Source: Amphiscolops sp. MND2022 (taxonomy: Eukaryota). From it: DNA of 64,000 nucleotides. Location of the stretch: positions 76,200,001-76,264,000 of the forward strand of contig OZ076409.1 in NCBI GenBank assembly GCA_964187785.1. Direction: 5' to 3'. The notes under the pieces are model-generated. The model did no database searches. It was not told the origin of the DNA and saw only the letters and a list, made by a program, of their open reading frames with translations. The translations under genes were made by a program, and so were the position numbers. Below are positions 25,501 to 38,292 of this stretch, in pieces (position 1 is the first letter of the stretch; every line of letters begins with the position of its first letter).

Positions 25501-28360
25501 AGTGTATTTAGGTGCGGAAGGAGTGGTAATAGGTGCTTGGACACTATATGAGGTAAGGGACGACGTGAGGCGAGCATTCGGAAATAACCGTTATGTTGAC
25601 CCTAAAGTCCCCCTGGTACCGTAAACGACCGGAAATGGTCAAATTTTGTGTCTATTGGTTACAAATGTTTAGTATTTTGTAGATAAAAGTATCTATTAGG
25701 TGTTTCGACGGTCTGCAATAGTGAACATAGTCATGAAACCTTGTGGGGGGTAACGGTATATAGCACCGGAAGTCCAAACCGTTGGAGACAGGATGAGTTT
25801 TTTGGTTTTAAAATGTCTTTCGGTGTTCCTTTGTCGACTATTAAGGACTATTTTTAAAAATTAAAGTTTTTCCATATAGTTTCAGAGACTCCGAAACCTC
25901 AACCAACATAACCGTTACATTTTGATAGCCTTTCAAGTTGGCCTGGTGTCAACTTGGAAGCGCTATCCTTCTGAAATCGTTAATCAAGAGTGTTTTTGGG
26001 TAGGTATATATTGCATTAGTACCAATTAGAGCTTCATCAACAGTGTATCAACGACAAAAACTATGCCGTCATGATTCCGTTATTAGAATCATAGTGAGCA
26101 AATTGTTGAAAAAAATGGTTTTTTCCATACAAAATGTGTCCTAAATGCCAGGAAACCTATTTACCTAACAAATGGTATTAATTGGAATGTATGTAACAGA
26201 TTTATAAAAGTTCAAATTGAATATTACATTTCATTATGGAAGCTGAAACGTCATATTTTAGTTTAATTAACGTCAACGCCACACACTTTACATCAACGCA
26301 CACCGTCTGTGGGCATGCCGAGGCATGCCCTTCGACGACGTATACCAAATACATACCCAAACGACGCCCGTACATCCCGGGCTAGGTGCGGGGGGGTAAC
26401 CCCAACAAAGATATTGGAGGATTCGGGTAGGGTCCTGAATCCGATCTTAGTACCGCCAGCTATCAGTAGAAAATTTCCCTCAAAAACCGGGATCTCGGGA
26501 ACTAACCGTAGGATTTGAAAGTTGGAGCAGCCCCCACCAGATTTTCCCGAATAGATCGCCCCCCACCGGGCTCCATACCCCGGAAAATTTTTTTTTGGCC
26601 ACACGGGCGACAGTTAGGGGGTCATTTTAGGGGTAAAATTCATATTGGTCCATATAACTTTTTTCCTGTTGGTTTAAAAGTTTGGGAACCCTTCTAAAGG
26701 TTTTTCGACCATGTTGCAAGGGCTCCGGAGGTGCAAACCAAATTTTTCTATCTTGAAGCTATCTCCAAGTACCCCCCCGCTCAAACCGTTATTTTTCCGG
26801 AAACGCAGGTTTTTGACCCGGAAGGAGTCGTCTGAGCGCGGGGTCGTTAGGTGATGTTTTGGGGACGGCCTTGAGACAAAGTGGGGGACAAGTAGTTTGC
26901 CAACCTCAATTTACCCCCCGGACGGGAAATGACCGTTATATGAGCGTGAAAAATGCCCCCCTCCACGTTTTACCGCTATTTCCGGTGTGAAGGTGTGGGA
27001 GTAGCGCGTCGGGTGCCATATATCAAAAGTAGGTTTAGACAAGGATCTATCAAAAACATGTAGTTTGGGACCCCCTGACCCAACCCGTTAGCGGGAAATG
27101 GGGCTTCCGCCTCCTTTTTTTTCGGTTAAAAACGGAAAATGGGCATTGAGGGGTAAATATCTCGTGAACGCGTGGAGCTACGGTGTCCTTCACTACTACA
27201 AGGTTTCATACCCATGATATGGTGCCTTCAGGGGGGCAAACAGTTTTCCGCTATCTATCACCGTTACGGACTTGGCCCCCCAGCCTATCCGCTATGTGAC
27301 CGGAAATGTCACTTTTTGAGCCCAAAGGGTCGGTCCCAGCCAGGGAACGTTAGATAACCTATTGTAGTACTCATTGAGACGAGTTGGGGGACATAGTTTC
27401 AGTCACCCCCCGTTACCCCTTGTGACCGGAAATGACCGTTATGTGGGTAAAATTGGGATTTTTGTACTTTTTGAAGGGCAAATAGGTGCGGAAGGAGTGG
27501 TAATAGGTGCTTGGACACTATATGATGGAATGGAGGACGTGAGGCGAACATTCAGACATAACCGTTATGTTGACCCTAAAGTCCCCCTGGTACCGTAAAC
27601 GACCGGAAATGGTCAAATTTTGTGTCTATTGGGTACAAATGTTTGGTATTTTGTAAATAAAAGTATCTATTAGGTGTTTCGACGGTCTGCAGTAGTGAAC
27701 ATAGTCATGAAACCTTGTGGGGGGTAACGGTATATAGCACCGGAAGCCCAAAACTTTAGAGACGGGATAGGTTTTTCCGTTTTAAAATGTCTTTCGGCGT
27801 ACTTTTGTCAACTAATATGGAATATTTTTTAAAATTAAAGTTTTTCCATATAGTTTCAGAGACTCCCAAACCTCAAACAACATAACCGTTACCTTATGAT
27901 AGCCTTTCAAGTTGGCCTGGTGTCAACTTGGAAGGGCTATCCTTCAAAAATCGTTGATCAAGTGTGTTTTTGGGTATGTTTGAATCATTTTAGAATCAAT
28001 TAGAGCTTCAAGAAATGTTTGCCAACGACAAAAACTATGTCGTGATGATTCCGTTATTAGAGTAATAGTTAACAAAATATTGATTTAGTTGATTTTTTAC
28101 ATTTCAAAAGTGTCCTAAAAGCCAGAAAACCTCTTTACCAAACAAATGGTATTGATTGGATTGTATATAACAGGTAATAAAAGTTCAAATTGATTATTAC
28201 GTTTTATTATGTAAGCTGAAACGTCATATTATAGTTTAATTAACGTCAACGCCACATACTTTACACCAACGCCCACCGTCTGTGGGCATGCCGAGGCATG
28301 CCCTTCGACGACGTATACCAAATACATTTCATATCTACACCCACCCGCGGTAGCAGCTAG
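10539..28360 (+). mobile_element. Nine family A units starting at 10539, 12533, 14509, 16484, 18474, 20467, 22442, 24413, 26386
   Basis: A GCTAG|GTGCG junction sits at each start, and lengths are 1971-1994 bp. Confidence 0.75.
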
Positions 28361-30345
28361 GTGCGGGGGGGTAACCCCAACTTTTTTCTTGGAGGATTCG
28401 GGTAGGGTCCTGAATCCGATCTTAGTGCCGCCAGCTATCGTTAAAAACCCATACCTTTTAAACCCGATCTCGGGAACTAACCACGCCCCTTCTTTAATTT
28501 TTTGGCCCCCACTCACTTTTTGATAGTAGATCGCCCCCCACTGGGTTCCAAGTTGGGCAAAAATGGAGGTCATGGGTAACGGGGACCGTTAAGGGGTAAC
28601 TCAGGGGGTAAAATTTATTTTTTGCGTCATATCTTTTCCCCCCGTGGATTTAGCGCTTCCGGTCAGCAGACAAAACCTCATGTACGTGATACGGGGCCTC
28701 CGTAGGTCCAAACAAAATTTTTCTATCATGCACCGTTACGGACTTGCCCCCCCGGCCCAACCGTTATTTTACCGGAAATTGCACTTTTTGACCGGGAAGG
28801 AGTCGTCTGAGCACGGAGTCGTTTGGTAATGTTTTGTAGTGCATCTGGAGACGTGTTGGGGGACATGTAGTTTGCCGGCCCCAGTTTACCCCCCGGACGG
28901 GAAATGACCGTTATGTCAGTTTTAAAATTACCCCCCTTCAATTTTCCCCGTTATTTCCGGTGTGAAGGAGTGGGAGTAGCGCGTCGGGTACCATATATCA
29001 AAAGTAGGTTTAGACAAGGACCAACCGGAAACATGTGGTTTGGGACCCCCTGACCCAACCCGTTAGCCGTTATAAGGGTGATCGCCTCCTTTTTTTACAC
29101 TCAAAACAGGAAAACGGGCATTGAGGGGTAAATATCTCGTGAACGCGTGGAGCAATCGTGTCCATCACTACTACAAGGTTTCATACCCATGATATGGTGC
29201 CTTCAGGGGGGCAAACAGATTACCGCTATCTATCACCGTTACCGACTTGGCCCCCCAGCCCAACCGCTATGTGACCGGAAATTGCACTTTTTGAGCCCAA
29301 AGGGTCGATCCTAGCCGGGCAACGTTAGGTAACATATTGTGGTACTCATTGAGACGAGTTGGGGGACATAGTTTCAGTCACCCCCCGTTACCCCTTAGGA
29401 CCGGAAATGACCGTTATGTGAGTAGAATTGCAATTTTTATACCTTTTGAAGGGCATTTAGGTGCGGAAGGAATGGTAATAGGTGCTTGGACACTATATGA
29501 TGTAATGGAGGTCGTGAGGCGAGCATTCGGAAATAACCGTTATGTTGACCCCAAAGTCCCCCTGGTACCGTAAATGACCGGAAATGGTCAAATTTTGTGT
29601 TTCTAGGGCACAAATGTTTGGTTTTTTAAGCATTAAAGTACAGGTTAGGTGTTTCGACGTTCTGCAGTAGTGAACATAGTCATGAAACCTTGTGGGGGGT
29701 AACGGTATACAGCACCGGAAGTCCAAACCGTTGGTCATAGAATAGGTTTTTGGTTACAAAATGTCTTCAGGCGTAGTTTTGTTGGTTGAATTGTCATAAT
29801 ATCAACTATTATGGACTTGTAATGAAAGTAAAATTTTTTCACATTAGTTTCAGGGACCTCCAATGTTTCAGTCAACATAACCGTTACATTTTGATAGCCT
29901 GTCAAGTTGGCCTGGTGTCAACTTGGAAGGGCTATCCTTCTAAAATTGGTAATCACGAATGTTTTTGGGTAGGTATATACTGCATTAGTACCAATTAGAG
30001 CTTCATCAACAGTTTACCAACGACAAAAACTATGTCCTGATGATTCCGTTATTAGAATAAAAGTTAACAAATTTTTGAAAAAGTTGACTTTTTACATTTC
30101 AAATGTGTCCTAAATGCGAGGAAACCTATTTAAATAACAAAAGGAATTGATTGAAACTAAATATTAGGTTAAAAAAGTTACTTCGTTCCGTTATGGAAGC
30201 TGAAACGTTATATAATAGTGTAATTAACGTCAACGCCACATACTTTACATCAACGCCCACCGTCCGTAGGCATGCCGAGGCATGCCTTTCGACGACGTAT
30301 ACCAAATTCCACCCACACAACACCCCCGAGCGCGGTAGCAGCTAG
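28361..30345 (+). mobile_element. Divergent family A subfamily unit (1985 bp)
   Basis: Same termini and colinear with A, but about 28480-29100 carries many more substitutions than other A copies. Confidence 0.75.
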
Positions 30346-33300
30346 GTGCGGGGGGGAAACCCCATCCCTTATCTTGGAGGATTCGGGTAGGGTCCTGAAT
30401 CCGATCTTAGTTCGCCCAGCTCTCAGTAGAAATCTGGGAAATTTTTTGCGATCTCGTGATCTAACCATAGGATTTTAAAGTTGGAGCGGCCCCCACCAGA
30501 TTTTCCAAAGTTATTCGCCCCCCACCGGGTTCCAGCGTGATTGAAATATTTTGACGGGGTACACGGGCGACCGTTAGGGGTCATTTTGGGGGTAAAATTT
30601 ATATCCGGTCGCATAACTTTTTTCCTGTTGGATTAAAACTTTGGGACCCTACTAAAAGTTTCTTGACCGTGTTGCGGGGGCTCCGGAGGTCCAAACCAAA
30701 TTTTTCTATCTTGAAGCTATCTCCAAGTACCCCCCCGCCCAAAACGTTATTTTTCCGGAAACGCAGGTTTTTGACCCGGAAGGAGTCGTCGGAGCGCGGG
30801 GTCGTTAGGTGATGTATTGGGGACGGCCTTAAGACGAAGTGGGGGACATGCAGTTTGCCAACCCCAGTTTACCCCCCGGACGGGAAATGACCGTTATATG
30901 AGCGGGAAAAATGCCCCCCTCCACGTTTTACCGCTATTTCCGGTGTGAAGGAGTGGGAGTAGCGCGTCGGGTGCCATATATCAAAAGTAGGTTTGAACAA
31001 GGAACTATCGGAAACATGTGGTTTGGGACCCCCTGGACCAACCCGTTAGCGGGAAATGGGGCTTCCGCCTCCTTTTTTTACTGCTAAAACAGTAAAATGG
31101 GCATTGAGGGGTAAATATCTCGTGAACGCGTGGAGCAATCGTGTCCATCACTACTACAAGGTTTCATACCCATGATATGGTGCCTTCAGGGGGGCAAACA
31201 GATTTCCGCTATCTATCACCGTTACCGACTTGGCCCCCCAGCCTAACCGCTATGTGACCGGAAATGTCACTTTTTGAGCCCAAAGGGTCGGTCCCAGCCG
31301 GGGAACGTTAGGTAAATTATTGTAGTACTCAATGAGACGAGTTGGGGGATATAGTTTCAGTCACCCCCCGTTACCCCTTGGGACCGGAAATGACCGTTAT
31401 GTGGGTAAAATTGCAATTTTTATACTTTTTCAAGTGTATTTAGGTGCGGAAGGAGTGGTAATAGGTGCTTGGACACTATATGAGGCAAGGGAGGACGTGA
31501 GGCGAGCATTCGGAAATAACCGTTATGTTGACCCTAAAGTCCCCCTGGTACCGTAAACGACCGGAAATGGTCAAATTTTGTGTCTATTGGGTACAAATGT
31601 TTAGTATTTTGTAGATAAAAGTATCTATTAGGTGTTTCGACGGTCTGCAGTAGTGAACATAGTCATGAAACCTTGTGGGGGGTAACGGTATATAGCACCG
31701 GAAGTCCAAACCGTTGGTGACAGGATAGGTTTTTTGGTTTTAAAATGTCTTTCGGCGTACCTTTGTCGACTATTAAGGACTATTTTTAAAAATTAAAGAT
31801 TTTCCATATAGTTTCAGAGACCTCGAAACCTCAACCAACATAACCGTTACCTCATGATAGCCTTTCAAGTTGGCCTGGTGTCAACTTGGAAGGGCTATCC
31901 TTCAAAAATCGTCAATCAAGTGTGTTTTTGGGTATGTTTGTATCATTTTAGAATCAATTAGAGCTTCAAGAAAAGTTTCCCAACAACAAAAACTATGTCG
32001 TGAAGATTCCGTTACTAGAATTATAGTTAGCAAATTGTTGAGAAAATTTTTTTTTCCAAATTAAATGTGTCCTAAATGCCAGGAAACCTATTTTACTAAC
32101 AAATGGTATTGATTGGAATGTATGTAACAGATTTATAAAAGTTCAAATTGATTATTAGGTTTCATTATGGAAGCTGAAACGTAATATTTTAGTTTAATTA
32201 ACGTCAACGCCACACACTTTACATCAACGCCCACCGTCTGTGGGCATGCCGAGGCATGCCCTTCGACGACGTATACCAAATACATACCTAACGACGCCCG
32301 TACATCCCGGGCTAGGTGCGGGGGGGTAACCCCAACAAAATTTTTGGAGGATTCGGGTAGGGTCCTGAATCCGATTTCAACTCTAATAGCTATCGATAGG
32401 AAATCTTGCAAAAATTTCGGGATCTCGTGATCTAACCATAGGATTTTAAAGTTGGAGCGGCCCCCACCAGATTTTCCAAAGTTATTCGCCCCCCACCGGG
32501 TTCCAGCGTGATTGAAATATTTTGACGGGGTACATGGGCGACCGTTAGGGGTCATTTTGGGGGTAAAATTTATATCCGGTCGCATAACTTTTTTCCTGTT
32601 GGTTTAAAACTTTGGGACCCTGCTAAAAGTTTCTTGACCGTGTTGCGGTGGCTCCGGAGGTCCAAACAAAATTTTTCTATCTTGAAGCTATCTCCAAGTA
32701 CCCCCCCGCCCAAACCGTTATTTTTCCGGAAACGCAGGTTTTTGACCCGGAAGGAGTCGTCTGAGCGCGGGGTCGTTAGGTGATGTATTGGGGACGGCCT
32801 TGAGACGAAGCGGGGGACATGTAGTTTGCCAACCTCACTTTACCCCCCGGACGGGAAATGACCGTTATATGAGCGGGAAAAATGCCCCCCTCCACGTTTT
32901 ACCGCTATTTCCGGTGTGAAGGAGTGGGAGTAGCGCGTCGGGTGTTATATAACAAAAGTAGGTTTAGACAAGGACCTAACGGAAACATGTAGTTTGGGAC
33001 CCTCTGGACCAACCCGTTAGCGGGAAATGGCGCTTCCGCTTCCTTTTTTTACTGCTAAAACCGTAAAATGGGCATTGAGGGGTAAATATCTCGTGAACGC
33101 GTGGAGCAATCGTGTCCATCACTACTACAAGGTTTCATACCCATGATATGGTGCCTTCAGGGGGGCAAACAGATTTCCGCTATCTATCACCGTTACGGAC
33201 TTGGCCCCCCAGCCTAACCGCTATGTGACCGGAAATGTCACTTTTTGAGCCCAAAGGGTCGGTCCCAGCTAGGGAACGTTAGGTAACTTATTGTAGTACT

Positions 33301-34290
33301 CAATGAGACGAGTTGGGGGACATAGTTTCAGTCACCCCCCGTTACCCCTTGGGACCGGAAATGACCGTTATGTGGGTAAATTTGCATTTTTTATACTCTT
33401 TGAAGTGCATTTATGTGCGGAAGGAGTGGTAATAGGTGCTTGGACACTATATGAGGTAAGGGAGGACGTGAGGCGAACATTCGGAAATAACCGTTATGTT
33501 GACCCTAAAGTCCCCCTGGTACCGGAAGTGACCCGTAATGGTCAAATTTTGTGTTCAAAGGGTACAAATGTTTGGTGTTTTATGGATAACAGTGCCTATT
33601 AGGTGTTTCGACGGTCTGCAGTCGTGAACATAGTCATGAAACCTTGTGGGGGGTAACGGTATATAGCACCGGAAGTCCAAACCTTTGGAGAAAGGATAAG
33701 TTTTTTGGTTTTAAAATGTCTTTCGGCCTACTTTTGTCGACTATTATGGTCTATTTTTGAAAAATAAAGTTTTTCCATATAGTTTCAGAGACTCCGAAAC
33801 CTCAACCAACATAACCGTTACGTTATGATAGCCTTTCAAGTTGGCCTGGTGTCAACTTGGAAGGGCTATCCTTCAAAAATCATTAATCAAGTGTGCTTTT
33901 GAGTATGTTTGTATTACTTTAGAATCAATTAGAGCTTCAAGACAAGTTTGCCAACGACAAAAACTATGTCGTGATGATTCCGTTATTAGAATAATGGTTA
34001 AGAAAATGTTGATAAATTTGATTTTTTACATTTCAAATGTGTCCTAAATGCCAGGAAACCTCTTTACCAAACAAATGGTATTGAGTGAATTGTATATAAC
34101 AGCTAATAAAAGTTCAAATTGAATATTACGTTTCATTTTGGAAGCTGAAACGTCATATTGTAGTTTAATTAACGTCAACGCCACATACTTTACATCAACG
34201 CCCACCGTCCGTAGGCATGCCGAGGCATGCCTTTCGACGACGTATACCAGATTCCACCCACACAACACCCCCGAGCGCGGTAGCAGCTAG
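30346..34290 (+). mobile_element. Two family A units (30346-32315, 32316-34290)
   Basis: GCTAG|GTGCG junctions; lengths 1970 and 1975 bp. Confidence 0.75.
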
Positions 34291-34354
34291 GTGCGGGGGG
34301 GAAACCCCTTCCTTTATCTTGGAGGATTCGGGTAGGGTCCTGAATCCGATTTTA

Positions 34355-34389
34355 GTTCGCCCAGCTCTCAGTAGAAATCTGGGAAATTT
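34355..34389 (+). repeat. 35 bp direct repeat, left copy (candidate target-site duplication)
   Basis: GTTCGCCCAGCTCTCAGTAGAAATCTGGGAAATTT, identical to 36364-36398 and directly abutting the nested unit. Confidence 0.85.
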
Positions 34390-36363
34390 GTGCGGGGGGG
34401 TAACCCCAACAAATATATTGGAGGATTCGGGTAGGGTCCTGAATCCGATTTTAACTCTAATAGCTATCGATAGGAAATCTTGCAAAAATTTCGGGATCTC
34501 GTGATCTAACCATAGGATTTTAAAGTTGGAGCGGCCCCCACCAGATTTTCCGAAAATTAGCGCCCCCCACCGGGTTCCAGCGTGATTGAAATATTTTGAC
34601 GGGGTACACGGGCGACCGTTAGGGGTCATTTTGGGGGTAAAATTTATATCCGGTCGCATAACTTTTTTTCTGTTGATTTAAAACTTTGGAACCCTGCTAA
34701 AAGTTTCTTGACCGTGTTGCAGGGGCCCCGAAGGTCCAAACCAAATTTTTCTATCTTGAAGCTATCTCCAAGTACCCCCCCGCTCAAACCGTTATTTTTC
34801 CGGAAACGCCGGTTTTTGACCCGGAAGGAGTCGTCTGAGCGCGGGGTCGTTAGGTGATGTATTGGGGACGGCCTTGAGACGAAGTGGGGGACAAGTAGTT
34901 TGCCAACCTCAGTTTACCCCCCGGACGGAAAATGACCGTTATATGAGCGTGAAAAATGCCCCCCTCCACGTTTTACCGCTATTTCCGGTGTGAAGGAGTG
35001 GGAGTAGCGCGTCGGGTGCCATATATCAAAAGTAGGTTTAGACAAGGATCTATCGGAAACATGTGGTTTGGGACCCCCTGGACCAACCCGTTAGCAGGAA
35101 ATGGGGCTTCCGGCCCGTTTTTTTACGGTTAAAAACGGAAAATGGTCATTGAGGGGTAAATATCTCGTGAACGCGTGGAGCAATCGTGTCCTTCACTACT
35201 ACAAGGTTTCATACCCATGATATGGTGCCTTCAGGGGGGCAAACAGATTACCGCTATCTATCACCGTTACCGACTTGGCCCCCCAGCCTAACCGCTAAGT
35301 GACCGGAAATGTCATATTTTGAGCCCTAAGGGTCGGTCAGAGCGTGGCATCGTTAGGTAACTTATTGTAGTACTCATTGAGACGAGTTGGGGGATATAGT
35401 TTCAGTCACCCCCCGTTACCCCTTAGGACCGGAAATGACCGTTATGTGGGTAAATTTGCAATTTTTGAACTTTTTGAAGGGCATTTAGATGCGGAAGGAG
35501 TGGTAATAGGTGCTTGGACACTATATGAAGGAAGGGAGGACGTGAGGCGAGCATTCGAAAATAACCGTTATGTTGACCCCGAAGTCCCCCTGGTACCGGA
35601 AGTGACCCGTAATGGTCAAATTTCGTGTTTTTAGGGTACAAATATTTGGTGTTTTATGGATAACAGTGCCTATTAGGTGTTTCGACGGTCTGCAGTCGTG
35701 AACATAGTTTTGAAACCTTGTGGGGGGTAACGGTATATAGCACCGGAAGTCCAAACCGTTGGACACAGGATAAGTTTTTTGGTTTTAAAATGTCTTTCAG
35801 CCTACTTTTGTCGACTATTATGGACTATTTTTGAAAAATAAAGTTTTTCCATATAGTTTCAGAGACTCCGAAACCTCAGCCAACATAACCGTTACCTTAT
35901 GATAGCCTTTCAAGTTGGCCTGGTGTCAACTTGGAAGGGCTATCCTTCAAAAATCATTAATCAAGCGTGTTTTTGAGTATGTTTGTATTACTTTAGAATC
36001 AATTAGAGCTTCAAGAAAAGTTTGCCAACGACAAAAACTATGTCGTGATGATTCCATTATTGGAATATTAGTTAACAAAATGTTGATAAAGTTGATTTTT
36101 TACATTTCAAAAGTGTCCCAAATGCCAGAAAACCTCTTTACCAAACAAATGGTTTTGATTGGATTGTATATAACAGCTAATAAAAGTTCAAATTGAATAT
36201 TACGTTTATTATGCAAGCTGAAACGTCAAATTATAGTTTAATTAACGTCAACGCCACATACTTTACATCAACACCCACCGTCCGTAGGCATGCCGAGGCA
36301 TGCCTTTCGACGACGTATACCAAATTCCACCCACACAACACCCTCGAGCGCGGTAGCAGCTAG
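34390..36363 (+). mobile_element. Complete family A unit (1974 bp) nested inside another A unit
   Basis: Begins exactly at GTGCGGGGGGGTAACCCC after ...CTGGGAAATTT with no preceding CTAG. Ends GCAGCTAG followed by GTTCGCCC rather than GTGCG. Confidence 0.85.
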
Positions 36364-36398
36364 GTTCGCCCAGCTCTCAGTAGAAATCTGGGAAATTT
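36364..36398 (+). repeat. 35 bp direct repeat, right copy (candidate target-site duplication)
   Basis: Identical to 34355-34389 and directly follows the nested unit's terminal CTAG. Confidence 0.85.
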
Positions 36399-38292
36399 TT
36401 TGCGATCTCGTGATCTAACCATAGGATTTTAAAGTTGGAGCGGCCCCCACCAGATTTTCCAAAGTTATTCGCCCCCCACCGGGTTCCAGCGTGATTGAAA
36501 TATTTTGACGGGGTACACGGGCGACCGTTAGGGGTCATTTTGGGGGTAAAATTTATATCCGGTCGCATAACTTTTTTCCTGTTGGATTAAAACTTTGGGA
36601 CCCTGCTAAAAGTTTCTTGACCGTGTTGCGGGGGCTCCGGAGGTCCAAACCAAATTTTTCTATCTTGAAGCTATCTCCAAGTACCCCCCCGCCCAAAACG
36701 TTATTTTTCCGGAAACGCAGGTTTTTGACCCGGAAGGAGTCGTCGGAGCGCGGGGTCGTTAGGTGATGTATTGGGGACGGCCTTGAGACGAAGTGGGGGA
36801 CATGCAGTTTGCCAACCCCAGTTTACCCCCCGGACGGGAAATGACCGTTATATGAGCGGGAAAAATGCCCCCCTCCACGTTTTACCGCTATTTCCGGTGT
36901 GAAGGAGTGGGAGTAGCGCGTCGGGTGCCATATATCAAAAGTAGGTTTGAACAAGGAACTATCGGAAACATGTGGTTTGGGACCCCCTGGACCAACCCGT
37001 TAGCGGGAAATGGGGCTTCCGCCTCCTTTTTTTACTGCTAAAACCGTAAAATGGGCATTGAGGGGTAAATATCTCGTGAACGCGTGGAGCAATCGTGTCC
37101 ATCACTACTACAAGGTTTCATACCCATGATATGGTGCCTTCAGGGGGGCAAACAGATTTCCGCTATCTATCACCGTTACCGACTTGGCCCCCCAGCCTAA
37201 CCGCTATGTGACCGGAAATGTCACTTTTTGAGCCCAAAGGGTCGGTCCCAGCCGGGGAACGTTAGGTAAATTATTGTAGTACTCAATGAGACGAGTTGGG
37301 GGATATAGTTTCAGTCACCCCCCGTTACCCCTTGGGACCGGAAATGACCGTTATGTGGGTAAAATTGCAATTTTTATACTTTTTCAAGTGTATTTAGGTG
37401 CGGAAGGAGTGGTAATAGGTGCTTGGACACTATATGAGGTAAGGGAGGACGTGAGGCGAGCATTCGGAAATAACCGTTATGTTGACCCTAAAGTCCCCCT
37501 GGTACCGTAAACGACCGAAAATGGCCAAATTTTGTGTCTATTGGGTACAAATGGTTGGTATTTTATGGATAAAAGTACCTGGAAGGTGTTTTAAAGGCCT
37601 CCAGAAGTGAACATAGTCATGAAACCTTGTGGGGGGTAACGGTATATAGCACCGGAAGTCCAAACCGTTGGTCACAGAATAGGTTTTTTGGTTTCAAAAT
37701 GTCTTTAGGCATAGTTTTGTGGGTTGAATCGTCATAATATTAACTAATACGGACTTTTTTCGGAAATAAAATTTTTTCACATTAGTTTCAGGGACCTCCA
37801 ATGCTTCAGTCAACATAACCGTTACATTTTGATAGCCTTTCAAGTTGACCTGGTGTCAACTTGGAAGGGCTATCCTTCTAAAATCGTTAATCAAGAGTGT
37901 TTTTGGGTAGGTATATGTTGCATTAGTACCAATTAGAGCTTCATCAACAGTTTGCCAACGGCAAAAACGATGTCGTGATAATTCCGTTATAAAAATATTA
38001 GTTAACAAATTGCTTTCAAAGTTGATTTTTCCCATTAAAAATGTGTCCTAATGCCACCAAATTGAATAAAATAATAAATGGTATTGACTAAAACTAAATA
38101 ACAATGAAAAAGAAGATCAACATTTTCATTAGGTCTCATTATGGAAGCTGAAACCTCACGTTTTAGTCTAATTAACGTCAACGCCACATACTTTACATCA
38201 ACGCCCACCGTCTGTGGGCATGCCGAGGCATGCCCTTCGACGACGTATACCAAACAACCTCCATATCTACACCCACCCGCGGTAGCAGCTAG

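Larger units (their letters stand above)
34291..38292 (+). mobile_element. Family A unit interrupted after its 99th base by a nested unit
   Basis: The 5' piece 34291-34389 and the remainder from 36364 belong to the same 5' subtype and overlap by 35 bp. Confidence 0.75.
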
